A stretch of DNA of 64,000 nucleotides, from contig NC_087436.1 of assembly GCF_036321535.1 (NCBI RefSeq), forward strand, positions 118,422,001-118,486,000, read 5' to 3'. The position numbers and the translations under genes are program-made. The DNA is from Camelus dromedarius (lineage: Eukaryota). Shown piece by piece: positions 1 to 13,600 of this stretch. The notes below the pieces were generated by a model. That model did no database searches, had not been told where the DNA came from, and worked only from the letters and a program-made list of their open reading frames with translations. Within the stretch, counting starts at the first letter, position 1. Each line of letters starts with the position of its first letter.

Positions 1-538
1 GGAAGTTTTCGTGGGACAAACCTGGAGCACGACGTAGAGGCTGGCTTGCTCTTTGCACCCAGCGCCTTCAGAGAGTGGCTCTCTCTTCCCAAAAGGCCAC
101 CTGGTCTCCTGCTGGCGTGGCCCTGCCCCTTCACAGCCCTCACTCACCGGCCTGGGCCAGCAGCGGAAATCTGGTGCATTACTGCACACGAATGATTTCC
201 CTCTGTGTGTACGCGGGCAGGTCAAATGCCTCAGGAAGGCCGTGTGAGAGATAGTGACCGTCTCACATAAACGATTTTCCCAGTCATCTACGAATGTATT
301 TGGTCTGAACTAATGACGCTCACACACAAGCTTCCGTGCAAAAGCACACACAAACTCCCCCAAGCACATGGAGACAGAGATCAGACAGCAACACACACGT
401 GTGCACACACACGTATGCGTATGCACACATACATATTTACATTGTAAACTGCTGTATATATTAAACATATATTGCGCCAAGCACTGGCTTTCCATGAGTT
501 AGATCATTAAATCTTCACCACGCCTCTTTTACTGTGGG

Positions 539-1058
539 TGTGATGGGGGAGAACAAACCTGACTCCACGTTAGCTCTGCTCCTCTGGCTCTAACCCTGTG
601 CTCTGTTGCCTGTGCTCAGTCACGCTGGTTCCGCACCTTTTGTAAAAGAATGTTCCTGCAGCCTGAAATGCACAGGAGAGCCCGTTCTCAAGGCTCTGAC
701 CTTTAAGAGTATAACACTTTTGCATTCACATAGAGACAAAAAGTCGCAGAATAGAAAATAACATGTGTTCTGTTGGAGGTTTACAGGGACACCGTGACCT
801 GACCTACACGCACAGCTGCAAGAATAAAGGATCCTGACACCAAGAAGTTTACAACAACCGACCACAACCCGTCCCTTTTTTAGTATAAAAGGAGCCTGAA
901 TTCTGACTCTGGGGAAGATGGTTCTCCAGGACATTAGTCCCCCATCTTCTTGGTCTGCTGGCTTTCTGAGTAAAGTCGTTATTCCTTGCCCCCGTGCATT
1001 GTCTCCTGATTTACTGGCCTGACATGTGGCAAGCAGAATGAGTCTGGACTCGGTAACA
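539..1058 (+). mobile_element. Solo ERV LTR (ERV1-like), copy 1, inserted into a MIR
   Basis: TG...CA termini (tgtgat...ggtaaca), TATA box tataaaa ~884, agtaaa polyA-like signal, 4-bp flanks tggg/tgga; aligns end to end with 2339-2851. Confidence 0.85.
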
Positions 1059-1361
1059 TGGACACTCCATCACCCCCATTTTACAGGGGAGGCAACTGAG
1101 GCTCAGAGGTTAGGCAATCTGCTGAACTTCACAGAGCTGATGGGCGGTGGGCCTAGGATGCAAGCCCAGGGGAGTCCAAGGCCTGTGCTTCAAGCCGCCG
1201 CCTGCCCTGCGTACTGGGACGCACCCCCACGTCAAGAGGGAGAAGGTTCGTGCAGGGGAACACAGCACAGAAGGGACAGGACTCGGATCTGGGAGAGGAG
1301 GCGGTCGCTGACACAGGTCAGGAGGACGACTCCGCCGGCAGAGCCGTATCTGAGGCATTAC

Positions 1362-1601
1362 CTGTGCTTTGGAGTAATCTTGCAGCAGCAGTTTAGCGGC
1401 CTCCGGCTTCAGTTCCCCTTTGAAAATAGCGCTTTTTATCTGGGTGAAAAAGATGCTGTGCAGCCCGTTTCTCTGGAAAGTGGCCAGCTGCCGGTGCGCC
1501 TTGGCCAGGTCCTCCTCCTGCTGCAGAGCCAGCGACGTCCTCAGGTGCTCCTGCTCCAGCCCGTGCAGGCTCCGCAGGAGGCCGCTGCACTCGGCGGCGG
1601 A
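1362..1601 (-). CDS. EVC2: EVC2 exon 11 (240 nt): [80 protein letters not shown]
   Basis: Acceptor ctgctcccgcag, donor gtaatg; phase 0-0; inside ORF 1110..1853. Confidence 0.97.
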
Positions 1602-4600
1602 CTGCGGGAGCAGAGGTGGCACGTGGGAGGTGACACGCTGCCCAGGCACACACAGGCACGTGCATGCAGCATGCAAGCACATGTACACATACCTGCACCA
1701 CCACACACACATGCACACATGCACACACATGCAGTGCATAGAAATGCACAAAGCAACAAACAGTGCACACACGTGCACACAGATACAGGCACACATGCAC
1801 ATCCAGCAACATACACACAGTGCACACGCACACACAAGCACGTCTGTGCACACTCACATGGAACACATACCTGTGTAGTACACATGTGCGCACAAACACA
1901 CACAATGTCCCAAGGAGGCCATGATGAAGCAGCTAAATTCTGGGAGCTGCTGTTGTAACCCATCCTCCCTATTAACATTTTTCAGAACAATCTCAAAGAA
2001 GGAAATCCACAGAGGTGGAAATTTTCAAATCAAACTGCCTGAAAATACCTCTCAAAATGGAACATCAGTGGACTGCTGTGCTGTCAGGCTCTCACGCTTA
2101 CTTCCACCACCTTGCCTTCTTAACTTGGTCGGAGAGAACAACGCCAGTAATCAGACCCGAGCGGAGATCATTTGTGTAAAAAGGGAGGCGCAGAGGGGTT
2201 AGGAAAGGCTACTGGGGTGCCTGCACCTTATACTGTCCAGCGGGCGGGGAGGAGGGAAGAGACAAACTGTCACTGAGTCCTACTGTATCCACACTCCCTG
2301 AACTCAAGACCCCTGTTACAGGAGAGTGTCAGTAACTCTGTGACAGGGAAGAGCACATGTGACTCTGTATTAGCTCTGCTCCTTTGGCTCTAACCCTGTG
2401 CTCTGTTGCCTGTGCTCGGTCACGCTGGTTCTGCACCTTTTGTAAAAAAGAACGTTGCCTACAGCCTGAAAGACACAGGAGAGCCCTTTCTCAAGCTGAC
2501 CTTTAAGGGTGTAACACTTTTCCATTCATATAGAGATAAAAATTTGCCCAAGAAAGGACATTTGTCTTGTTGGAGGTTTACAGGGACACCATGACCTGAC
2601 CTACCCGGACAGCTGCAAGAACAAAGGATTCCAAGACCAAGAAGTTTGCAACAACAGAGCACACCTCCTCCCTTTAATACAAAAGGAGCCTGAATTCTGA
2701 CCTGGGGAAGATGGTTCTCTAAGACATTAGTCTGCCACCTTCTCAGTCTGCTGTTTTTCAGAATAAAGTCATTATTCCTTGCCCCAACGCCTTGTCTCCC
2801 AATTTACTGACCTGTGGTACAGTGAGCAGAACGAATCTGGACTCAGTAATGAAAGTAGAAAGGATTCATATTCTGACTGTTTTATGTCACGGGTTTCTTT
2901 AAAGATTACAGTAAATGATGAAGCATAGTAAAAGCTGGACAGAACAGGACCGACACCACCGAGCGCTGGTCTAAGGACTAGACAAGTATTAACAGCCCTT
3001 TAAGACAGACATCATTATTAGCCCCAATTTAAGGATGGGGAAACCGAGACCCAAAGAGACTGAGCAATGCACTTTCTGGAAGAACAGAGTGAGGATCCAA
3101 ACCCAAGCCACCTGCCATTAGTCTACAGTCATCACGACCTCCCAAGGGCCTCTTAATGGAGAAACATCTTGAAAACTGTACGGGATTATATAGGTGTTTA
3201 CATGGGAACACATTTCACCTCTATAATAGTTACTGGAATCCCTAAACTTTACTTTAAAAACTGATACTGTTCATTTAGTTTTTTTTAAAAAAACGAATTC
3301 TCAGTGGGATACTATGGCCAAAACCCTTCCATGCATTTTATTTAAAGATGACTGACATAAATGTGTGGATAAGCACAGAGTGATCGAAAGTTATGTCAGA
3401 TGGAATGGTGTGCACAGCCTGGAAAGGAAAGAGCTCAGTTCACTTCTGCAGTTCAGATGCTATTTTTGGAAGCACATTGGCTCAAATAAGCAGACTTGTC
3501 TTTGAACAGGGTGGCCTGTCAGTTCCAGGACGGTGGTGCCCTCCCACGCACAGAGCGGGCGCAGACACTCTGTGCTGTCAGCCCTTTTCCACGCCCCCAA
3601 CAACCAGTGTAAATAATGAGCAAAAACTTAAAACACTGCACTGCCCCAGGAAGTCTTGGTAACCAAGGCTCTGCCCAGGTGGAGCCCACCAGGATTCTGA
3701 TGCACCGTTGTGTGGGGGTGGCTGTGATGCTCAGTGGTTAGAGTGGGCTGTTTGGGTGTGGGTCGTGGTCCGCCTACGTGTCCTCAGGCAGGTGACCTTC
3801 TCCACATCTGCTTCCTCACCTGTAAACTTGGGGTCCTATCAGTTCCCGCTTCACTGAGTTGGTGTAAATATTTGAAGAGAAGGTCCTGGTGACATGCTTA
3901 GAGCAATGCCCCACCCACAGTGAACGCTAAGTAAGTGTGAGGGCGTTTAATGAAATCAGAAAGTGCTTATATTGTGAGGGTAAGTGCAAACAACCATGAC
4001 ATAGTTTTATAAACTGCATAAACCTTACTCTGTCGAAAAAATATGTATGTATAAAGCAAAAGGTTTATGCTTTACATACACAAATACATGCGAATCCAAG
4101 GACATGAGCTGGGGGCACCTTAGCATGGCTGGCTCAGACACACGGTAGGAACTCAATAAACAGGACAAACGAATATTTGTCTGCCGCTGAGTACTGAGGG
4201 GCTGGGTTTCCATTTTTTCCCTGGGTTTTTCTTTTCATGCTTTGGAGCAAGAGTCAGCAAACTTTTCAGTAAAGGGCCAGGTAAGTATTTTTTAGCCTTT
4301 ACAGGACACATCAGATCTCTGTCACATATTCTTTTTTGTTTGTTTTATTTTTTACATTCCTTTAAAGATGTAAAACTTGTTCCCAACTCAAGGGCCAGAC
4401 AAAAACAGGCCGGGCCGGACTGGGCTCATGGATCCTAGTTTGATGAACTCCGCTTTGGAGTGCTTCCCAAGTCTCCCTCATTGAACTTGTATTATTTTTA
4501 CCAGAGAGAAAACGTAACAAATTTAGGGAATCAAAGGGGGAAAGAGAGACAGAGTGAGGTTGTTTGAGGGCTGAATCGCTCAACAGTGTGTGCCATACAT

Positions 4601-7600
4601 TCTTCTTAAGTGCCCGGCTCAAGGAGACATGGTGTGACCAGTCTAGTCATGGATGGAGATCAGAGGGCGGGGTCAGCCAGGGGCAGGGCGGTGGGCTGGC
4701 TCGTTCCCCGCAAAAGACACAGCCAACATCCCAACCCCAGAACCTGTGACTGTGACTTTATTTAGGAGAAGGGTTTTGCAGATGTAATGAAGGGTCTCAT
4801 GAGATCATCCTGGGTTATTTGGGTGAGTCCTAATCAAAAGACACATGTCCTTATAGAAACAGAAGAGGAGGTGAGAGGGTCGTGGGGCCACGTGAAGACC
4901 AGGGCCAAGACCAGAGTGATGAAGGCACAAGCTGAGGAATGGCTGGAGCCCCCAGAATCTGGAAGAGGCAAGGAAGGGTTCTCCCCGAGAGGCCTCAGAG
5001 GGGGCATGCCAGGCTGACAGCTTGATTTTGGATTCCTGGCCTCCAGAACTGGGTGAGAAGAAACTGTTGTTTGAAGCCACCCAGTCTGTGGTCGTTTGTC
5101 ACAGCAGCTGCAGGAAGTTGATACAGGAGCCAAACAGAAAAAGTCACATCCCAAAATGAGATGTGTGTTTAGGTAGGGGGTGCCCAGGTGCAAGGGAGCA
5201 GACGGGGGTGAGACAGTGTGGGTCCCACCTCTCTGCTTTACCACCCAGCCCACGGTCTGGCCAAAGGCGACCACCTTAGAGCCAGGAGCTGTCACTCCGG
5301 GAGCTCTCCACTCACTTCCAGGGGAATCCAGTCTGGGGATGGAAGTTAGGAGTTCAGAAGCTTGTTCCTAAGCAGGTGTTAAACCTCCCTAGGATGACAG
5401 GTTTTCAGAACAAGATATGTGGGCACACAGATTGAACAAGCCATCCCTTTCATGGAGGAAGGTGGAAATCAGGGTGGATTTGGTGCACTTGGCAAAAAAA
5501 CTGGCACGATTCAAGACAACAACTGACACTCTCTTAGAAAAAGGGAAGTTGATCTCTGATCAAGAGGCCAGCCCTGGGAAGGCTGAGGGGTCAGAACCCC
5601 CAGAACCGGCACCGTGCACGAGAACTTTCTGCAGCCCAGGCCCTGGGGCTCCTGCATCACTCCTCCAAGCCACCCGAGAGGAGGACGCCCTCAGCCTTGA
5701 CTCACAGACTTCAGAGGCTATTTGAGGCCTTGAGGAGCAGAGCTGGAATGTACTAGATGTGAGTCCAGAGCCCGTGCTGGAGAGACTGTGACCTAGCTCA
5801 GTTCAGTCCAGATGGACACACATGGACGCTGACATCACATGACACACGCACGCTGACATCACATGACACACGCACGCTGACATCACGACATGCTCTCACG
5901 GATGTGTTCCTCCATGAAGGAAGCCTTTCGATGCTCCCTGTGACCTCCCACCGCACTGTGAACATACCTCTATTATAACGTGGTTGAATGACACCACATT
6001 TGTTATATGTGAGGATCCTTCACTAGACTATGAACTTCTTGAATGCAAGAACCATGTCTCATTTTTCTCTGTACTTTCACTGCCTAGACAGTAAGTGATC
6101 AGTAAATGCTTCCTAAATAAATTCTGGATGGATAGATGGATGTGTAGATGGACAGGTACCTGGAAGAGTAGTAGGTTGATGGATGGATGAATGTGTAGAT
6201 AGACAGGTGGATAGAAGGGTGGTAGGTGGATGGCTGGATAGGTTGAAGGTTGGTTGGATGGATGGATGCGTGGATAGGTGGTGGGTGAATAAATGGATGG
6301 ATGGATGAATAGATGAACAGACAGATGTAAGGGTGGTAGATAAGGGTGGTGGATGGACAGATGAGTGGATGGAGGAATGGGTGGGCAGATGGGTGGATGG
6401 ATGGATGGATGGATAAACGATGAATCCCCAAGAGGAAAGAGAAGCAAGTGAAGACCTTCCTTCCAAAGCTGCCTTACCCTCTCACTAACACGTTTCAGCA
6501 CCTCTTCTGCTTCCTCCATTGCCGCCATCTCCCTCTGGTACTGGCTTTCTGTCTTCTTTCTCATTTCCAGATCACACTCAGCTGTCAAGGCCACCATCTT
6601 CCGATCATACTCCTCCTGGATTTCTTTCTCCAGCAACAGGAACTGCTTTTTGAAAACAGCACCCATCCTCCTCTCCACTTGAGGGGAGAGGTGACCACGG
6701 CTGGTCAGATTTTTCAGTAGAAGGGCAATGATATCTTTGCTGATTTGGGTTCGATAAGCTTCTAGATCTGCATCAGCTCGATTCAGGGTTGCAATTTCCA
6801 ACCTGGGAAGCACAAAGATCAAGAGAATTCCATTACATCAAATCACAGCAGAAACCAAAGTTCCCTTAGCGCTCTGAGGTGTTAAGTTACTTGTAGGTAA
6901 GGTCTTTCTTTGTTCCTTTCTCCTCTTTTTCTTCCTTTTCTCTCTCTCTTCTGCTCCAACCACTCACTGAAGGATAGTGACAAAATTAGCAGAATCGTAG
7001 TCAATTTGCAGGGTACCATGAAAGAAACCACAAGGAATATAATTAATATAAGACATGGTCTTTGTCGACCAGCAACAAGTCAACAAGAAGAAGAAAATGA
7101 GGAGAAAGATGGATAGAATACTATTTTTGGAGGACTTGAAAATGAAGTTTATTTTACTTTTTTTCCAATTAAAAATTAAGTTACAGATCTGCCAACTAAA
7201 TGCAGTGTAGCATCCTGGGTGAGATCCTGGAACAGAAAAAGGACATCTGGTAAAAACAAGGGAAATATGAATAGAGTATGGGCTTTAGTTAATAATAATG
7301 CATCATTGTTGGTTCATTAGTTGTAATGAATGTACTTGGTAATGGAAGATATTAATGGTAGGCGGAACTGGGTACAGGGTATGTGGGAACTCCCAGTACT
7401 ACCTTCTCAATATTTCTGTAGATCTAAAACTGCTCTAAAAGTGAATTCTACTCAAGAAATCTGTGTGAGACATGTCACAGGGTCACAGATTCTAACACTT
7501 GATTGTGGTGGGGGTTGCACAACTGTATGTACTTACACGTACACACGGACATCAGGCTGTACGCTTAATGTGGGTGATTTCCATGGTACGTTAGTTATAC

Positions 7601-10600
7601 CTCTACAAAACTATTAAAAGACGTATAGGACAAAATTAATTTACATTCATGACAGAAACTCTGGAAAATAAAGAAACACAGAAAAAGAGTTCTTTCACTA
7701 CAGGTCTACCACTCAGTCAGAGCCAATGAAGGCACTTCGTTGTCTTTCTTCCAGTCTCGTTCTCTACACATATTTTTTCCATAGATATACATTGTTTACA
7801 CAGATGCACGTACAATTTTGTCCTTTTTTTTGGTTCACATTGTAACAGGCGTCTTCCAGGGGATTTATAAACTGTAAAAGGAGGGGAGGGTAGAGCTCGG
7901 TGGTAGAGCACATGCTTAGCATGTATGAGGTCCTGAGCTCAGTCCCCAGTACCTCTCTTAAAAAAATAAATAAATAAACCTAATTACCCCCCTAAAAAAA
8001 AGTCCAAAAGAAAAATGAAAAAAAAAGTTTAATAAACTATTAAAATCTTTTAAAAATTAAAAAAAAAAACTGCAAAAGTTTCCTTTATCACGCAGAGAGC
8101 CATGGTTCAGCTCACCATAATGCCAGTGGTGCACGTCCGGCTTACTTGAAAAACCCCAAATCTAACATATCTTGAAGTAAATATCTTTGTAAAGAGTTTC
8201 TGATATCCACAGTGATTTCCTGGCTCAAATGTAAGCGACATTTTTAAGCCTCTGAGAACATCCTGCCAAACTGCTTTCCAGAAAAGTTCCCCAGCAATGC
8301 AGTCGGGTCCTTAGTTCACCCCTCCCTTCACAGTGTTTAAACATCTTTGATAATTTCAGAGGAGAAAATGGCATCTGACATTTAAAAATATAAGGGTCCT
8401 GAGATACTTTTATCACGGACATTTGCAAGCATTTAAAAGTAGACAGACTAGTAGGACTCCCAATGTAATCATTACTCAGCTTCGAAAACTGTCAATATTT
8501 ACCAGTCTCGTTACAGCTACTCCCTTCAAAGTTTGAGCATTTTACTGCAAATCCCAGGTTTTTCATTTTACCTTTAATTTCCTCAGTATGCATCACTAAC
8601 TGTTAAGGAGATGTGTGTACACACACACATATATACACACACACAAGTCCACGCATACATACGCACAAGTGCACATGTATATCTACATATGTCTATATGT
8701 ATATCAGTTTTACCCAACCTTGATGTCATTATCACATGATACATCATTTTATCCTATCATATTTAAAATGTTAACAATAATTCCAAAAATTAATCTCAGT
8801 CATCCAAACTACCTCAAGAGTCCCAAAATGATTTTTACAATTGAAAGCTTAATTCGAGAAGCAAATAAAATCCCACAATGTTGATTAAGTTCACTTTCTT
8901 CTAGATCATTCTACCCTTCCATTTTTCCTTCCATGCCATTGACCTGTTGGGAAAACAAGGCCAGTTCATCCTGCAGAATGTCCCGCGTTCTGGATTTGGC
9001 TGATTGCTTCCAAGGGACCTCACTGTTCCTCCATCTTCTATATTTCCCATAAACTACTAGTTAGATCTAAGGTCTTGACTAGAGTTAGATTCGATTTGTT
9101 TTGGAAATGCACCATAAGTGGTACCATGTGCTTCCTGGGGGATTGTACTCTGGGTAAATACAAGATGGATCATAAGTTCAACAGTGCCATCATCATCTCT
9201 ACACTATAAAATCTCCTACCAACCTTCACCTAAGGGTTTTAGTATACACTGTAATTGTTACCTAGATCCACAATATCATTAGGGTTTGAAAAATCACACT
9301 TTCTCTCATTTCATCTGCATTTTTTGAAGCTGGAATTCTTCAAAAAGAACTTTCTCTCTTTAACAATGCAGTTACTCTAACATAAAGCTCAGAGATAAGA
9401 GAAGTTTGATTCTTTGCTAATTAAAGAGTTGGTGTCATCGCAACCTCCAACGGTAACAAATGACTTTGGGTCTGTTTGTTTACTGGCCTATTTGCTTGTT
9501 GTGTTTTGGTATGCAAACAGAAGGTTCATAAAACTTTTCCTGACTCCCTGAGAATCTGAGCTTTGGTTAACTTTTACTGGAAAATCTTCGAAGGGCAAGA
9601 ACATCAAGTGTGTTACTAGGCAACACAGCTTATGGTAAAAATGACGCCTGGATGGTAAATTACATCTGGATGGGAGGGCCTGTAAAGGAACCATAAATCC
9701 CTCACAAGGAAGGTACTTCAAACTTCCCTGAGTGCAGTGGTTCTGAACCTGCGCATGTCCCTTCGGGCGATGCTGGAGGCTGTGCCTGTGACGTCAGCCC
9801 CTGCCGGGTAGGAAGATTCTAAGCCAGGAAGGCTCCCGCACCGGCCTGATGTGGACTGCATCTCCTTGCACCAGAGCTGTGTGACCTGGGGGTAAGACAC
9901 CTCCTGGACAGCTGTAGGTCGGGTGTGACCTGAGGCAAGGGCAACCACAGAAGAAAGTCTAAAAAGCGCACTGCGTTCCCACCCTCAACCCTTTCGCACA
10001 GATGGGGTCCAGTGTGGCCTGTGGGACTGTTAAGAGTCCAAATGTTGCACTGAGCCTAGGAAGCCCCCCTGCCTCTGCAGAGAATCTCTCTCAAGTTGCG
10101 GCTTTTTAATATAGTTGTTGGGTTTCAATCAGTTGCAGCCATTATTCTTTTTAATGCCCAAATTTTACCATCTGAGCTCAACACGGCCCCTGTGGCCTTA
10201 GATACAACCAAATTAGTCTAGTTTTAAACAGCTCATCCATTTCATTCTTTCATTTCCTCAACAAGTTCTTACTGAACATGGCAGGTGCAGAGAGCTTTCT
10301 GCAGGTTACAAAGCAAGAAAGACGCACAAGAGATGCCTCAAGGTGGCATGTGCCTGGTTCAGTACCCAAGGACCCAACCAAACTATGGTCCACAGGCTCA
10401 GAAAAAAGGACTTCTCTACTGAGACAGACAAAACAGATTCCACACCTTTAATGAAGCTTTTAGTGGTAGGCAGAATAATTCACATCAGAATCCACAGAAA
10501 CCGTGACTCTGTTAGGGTACGTGGCCAAGGAGGAACAAGGCTGCAGATGGAGTTCAGGCAGCTAAGCAGCCCGCCCTACAGCAGCGATTAATAACAAGGT

Positions 10601-13600
10601 CTTTAAAGTGCAAGAGGGAGGCAGGAGAGGAGTGAGAATCCGAGGGAGATGCAACAAAGGAGGCGGGACAGGAGTGATGGATCGTCAGCTTTGAAGATGG
10701 AGTAAGGGACCATGAGCCAGGGAATGTGGGCAGCCTCAGGGGTCTGGAAAAGCCAGGAAATGGGTTCTCCCCATAGCTGACATCTTGACTTTTCATTGGC
10801 CTCTGACCTCTGGAATGGTAAGGTAATACAATTTGTGTTGTTTTAAGCCACCAAGTTTGTGGTCATTTGTCACAGCTGAATACAAAACTCATACACCCTT
10901 CCTGGCCACTCTAGTCTTCATTCATTCATTAACTTGCATAAGAAAACATGTGGCTGACTGTTGGGTAAACTGCAAGTGTTTCACTGGGTACATGAGGATT
11001 GAAATGAACAGGAGGAAGTTTCTGTAAGTTCTGGGCTGTCAAACCATTTCCCAGCTTAAGGGCCGTCAGGAAAGGATTTGGTCGTCCCCCCACCCCACCC
11101 ACCCTGCCACCACATAGAAGCAGGCCATCCTCTCAGGCAGTCATTCAGGGTTAGAAGGGAGAAGAAGCAGAAAAGGCACGGCGTGGAACCTGGCTTTTGC
11201 TGGTTCTAGATCACAGTGTTTCCTTATCTTTCCTATTCTCTCTCCCCTCAAACTGGCTGCAGTGCCTGGGAACACAAGCTCCTACGTACTTTCTGTTTTA
11301 ATAGTATTAATGTTAATTGTCATGGATAAAACTGCCAGAAGCGGCAACCAATAAAAACTGTAAGGGTGTTCCAAAGCCACAAAAGCAAGGAAAATGTCCC
11401 TTTAAACCAATTAAAATACCATGCAGTTAATGAAGCCATCATCTGTTAATTTCCCAAATGGCCACAGAAGAACAAAATGCACATTAAGAAGGCAGAGTCT
11501 GCATACAGGATTGCATCCACTGGTGAAATTCTCATTGCCCCTATGGCATTTTTAATTATTTAGACAACAATGAAATACATATATTTTCCCACCTCCCAGC
11601 CCTCCAAACAGTCCCTAAAGCCTCTATGAGACAGAGACATTCTGAGCTGCACTCGGATTCTTCAGCTTCTTCACTATTTCAACACGTTTGCAAGATTCAA
11701 ACACTGCTTTCCTAGGGAACATTTCACTTTTTTTCCGGTCACAGGAATGTCATCTTCTCACTGCACTTTATTTATTTACTTAATTTTTTAAATGGAGGGG
11801 CTGGGGACTGAACTCAGGCCCTCGTGCCTGCTAAGCACGTGCTCTACCGCTGAGCTGTGCCCTCCCCCCAAATATCGTCGCTGCACTTTAGAGAGGACTG
11901 TATCTGCTTAGGCCGGTTTGGCTGCAGATACCTCCTGTACAAGCCACAGCCCTCTTGCCATTGTGTGACTTCACACAGGAGTCAGAGCAAGGCTGGCCCA
12001 GAGGAAGCACTTCACAGACGTGAGCCATGAACATTTATTAGTAGGCCTGCCCAGCACAACATCTTTCTAAAAGAAACTGCACAGTTTAAATTATCCAAGA
12101 ATGGATTAATAATTTGATTAGCAACCGATGATAAAAAAGAGAGCGAAAAAAAAAAGAGAGAGTGAGAGAAAGACATGTCTTTTCCTTTATTCATTTCATA
12201 TAAAAATTAATCATGTTCTCACCACATGGCAAGCAAGGTGTCAGAATGAAATTAGGAGAGGACTGGATACACAAGGCAGTAAGTGTTCCCCTGAATGTGA
12301 AGGAGGACGCGCTAACATGGAGGGTAATTAATCCGAAGGGAAACGCGGTGGCCACGGACACTTTACATTATAACCCGACATCTTCAAGTCAGCTGCTGTA
12401 AGCGTAACAGACCCACACAAGCCAAGCGAACATTAGTGACACCGAAACTCTTCCTCATGGGAGCCCATTTCCACGGACTCTTACTGCAGCAAGGTTCCAT
12501 GCGGGGCTATAGATCGCATTTATAGCCGGTCAATTTGAGGGCCTCGACCATGGGAATCTAGAGGAACATACCTCCTTAGTATCTCCACTGTCAAAATCAA
12601 GTTAAATCAGAGTTAAATATATATACACATACATATGAAACATCCAGGTGAAATTATGATCGGCCTTGAGTTTTCTGGCATAAACTCAAATAGACTGTCA
12701 GATACAAGGTCAGCAGTCTGCATCTTTGTCTGACATTTTTCCTCTTAAAAGTCTCTTTGCTTAGGAGTCAGACGGGGCCCTCTCTCTCCAGGCTTCAGCT
12801 GCTCCTGAGCACAGATGCTGACGGAGGCTCGTTAACCCCTCCTGCCCTGGCCTTTCCGTATCACTGCCCACTCCCCACCCCACTCAGACCCCAATGGGAC
12901 AGTCAGCTCCGGAATAGACCAAAAAGAGAAGGGAGAGTTCCTCTCCCCACTTCAGATCCTCCCTGAACTTTCTTCCCAATTCCCTTTTAAGCACACGCTA
13001 ACAGCCATTTCCCAAGAAGACAGTGTTTCGTGACATCTGAAGGCGCGATGAGCCTGGAGCCACACCAACTGAACGTCCAATCTCAGCTTCCCCCAGCCAA
13101 GCCTTGGGTGACTCAGGCGAGTTTTTTGATGTCTCTGAGCCTAGTTTCCCAATTGGTTAATGAGAATATTATCACTCATGTCAAATGAAGGTCACTGAGA
13201 GGATTCACAGCAGTGACTTTTATGCACAGCCTTTGTTTTAATAGCTTTATATACATCAAGCCATGTAATTACCATGATGATTTCATAAGGTAGGTGAAGA
13301 AACCGAGACCCAGAAAAATGAAAGTACCTTGTTGAAAGTCACGTAGCTATTAGGTGGCAGAAGTGGGATTTGAAGCCATGACATGTGGCTTCAGGGCCAT
13401 TGCTCTACACTCTGTCCCACTGTCTCACACTAACACACACAGAAGAGATGCCCCAAAAATATTACACTCCACACTGCTGTTGTCGTGGTTGTGGCCATCA
13501 TGGTCATCCTTGGTGTTATTCTTTGCAGCAAAGAAAAGAAAATGCAAAGGAAACATTAACACGTGGATAGATGAATGGCTAGATAAAGAGATGGATTAGA

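Noticed and set aside
1026..1978. Long overlapping ORFs (310, 247, 170, 152, 145 aa)
   Set aside because: Explained by GC-rich exon 11 and its antisense plus a stop-poor (CA)n tract; only 1362-1601 on the minus strand is coding
539..2851. Single provirus with 5' and 3' LTRs
   Set aside because: No PBS, PPT or gag/pol remnants; the interval contains host exon 11; copy 1 has its own TSD-like flanks
5816..5887. Possible CRISPR-like array
   Set aside because: Head-to-tail tandem repeat with no unique spacers, in a mammalian intron
6028..6477. HPSI-rich extension of the exon 10 ORF
   Set aside because: Read-through past the donor into a (GGAT)n repeat
7881..7960. tRNA-like sequences here and at 11771, 21340, 49555
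   Set aside because: SINE heads with A-rich tails and TSDs; not intact tRNA genes
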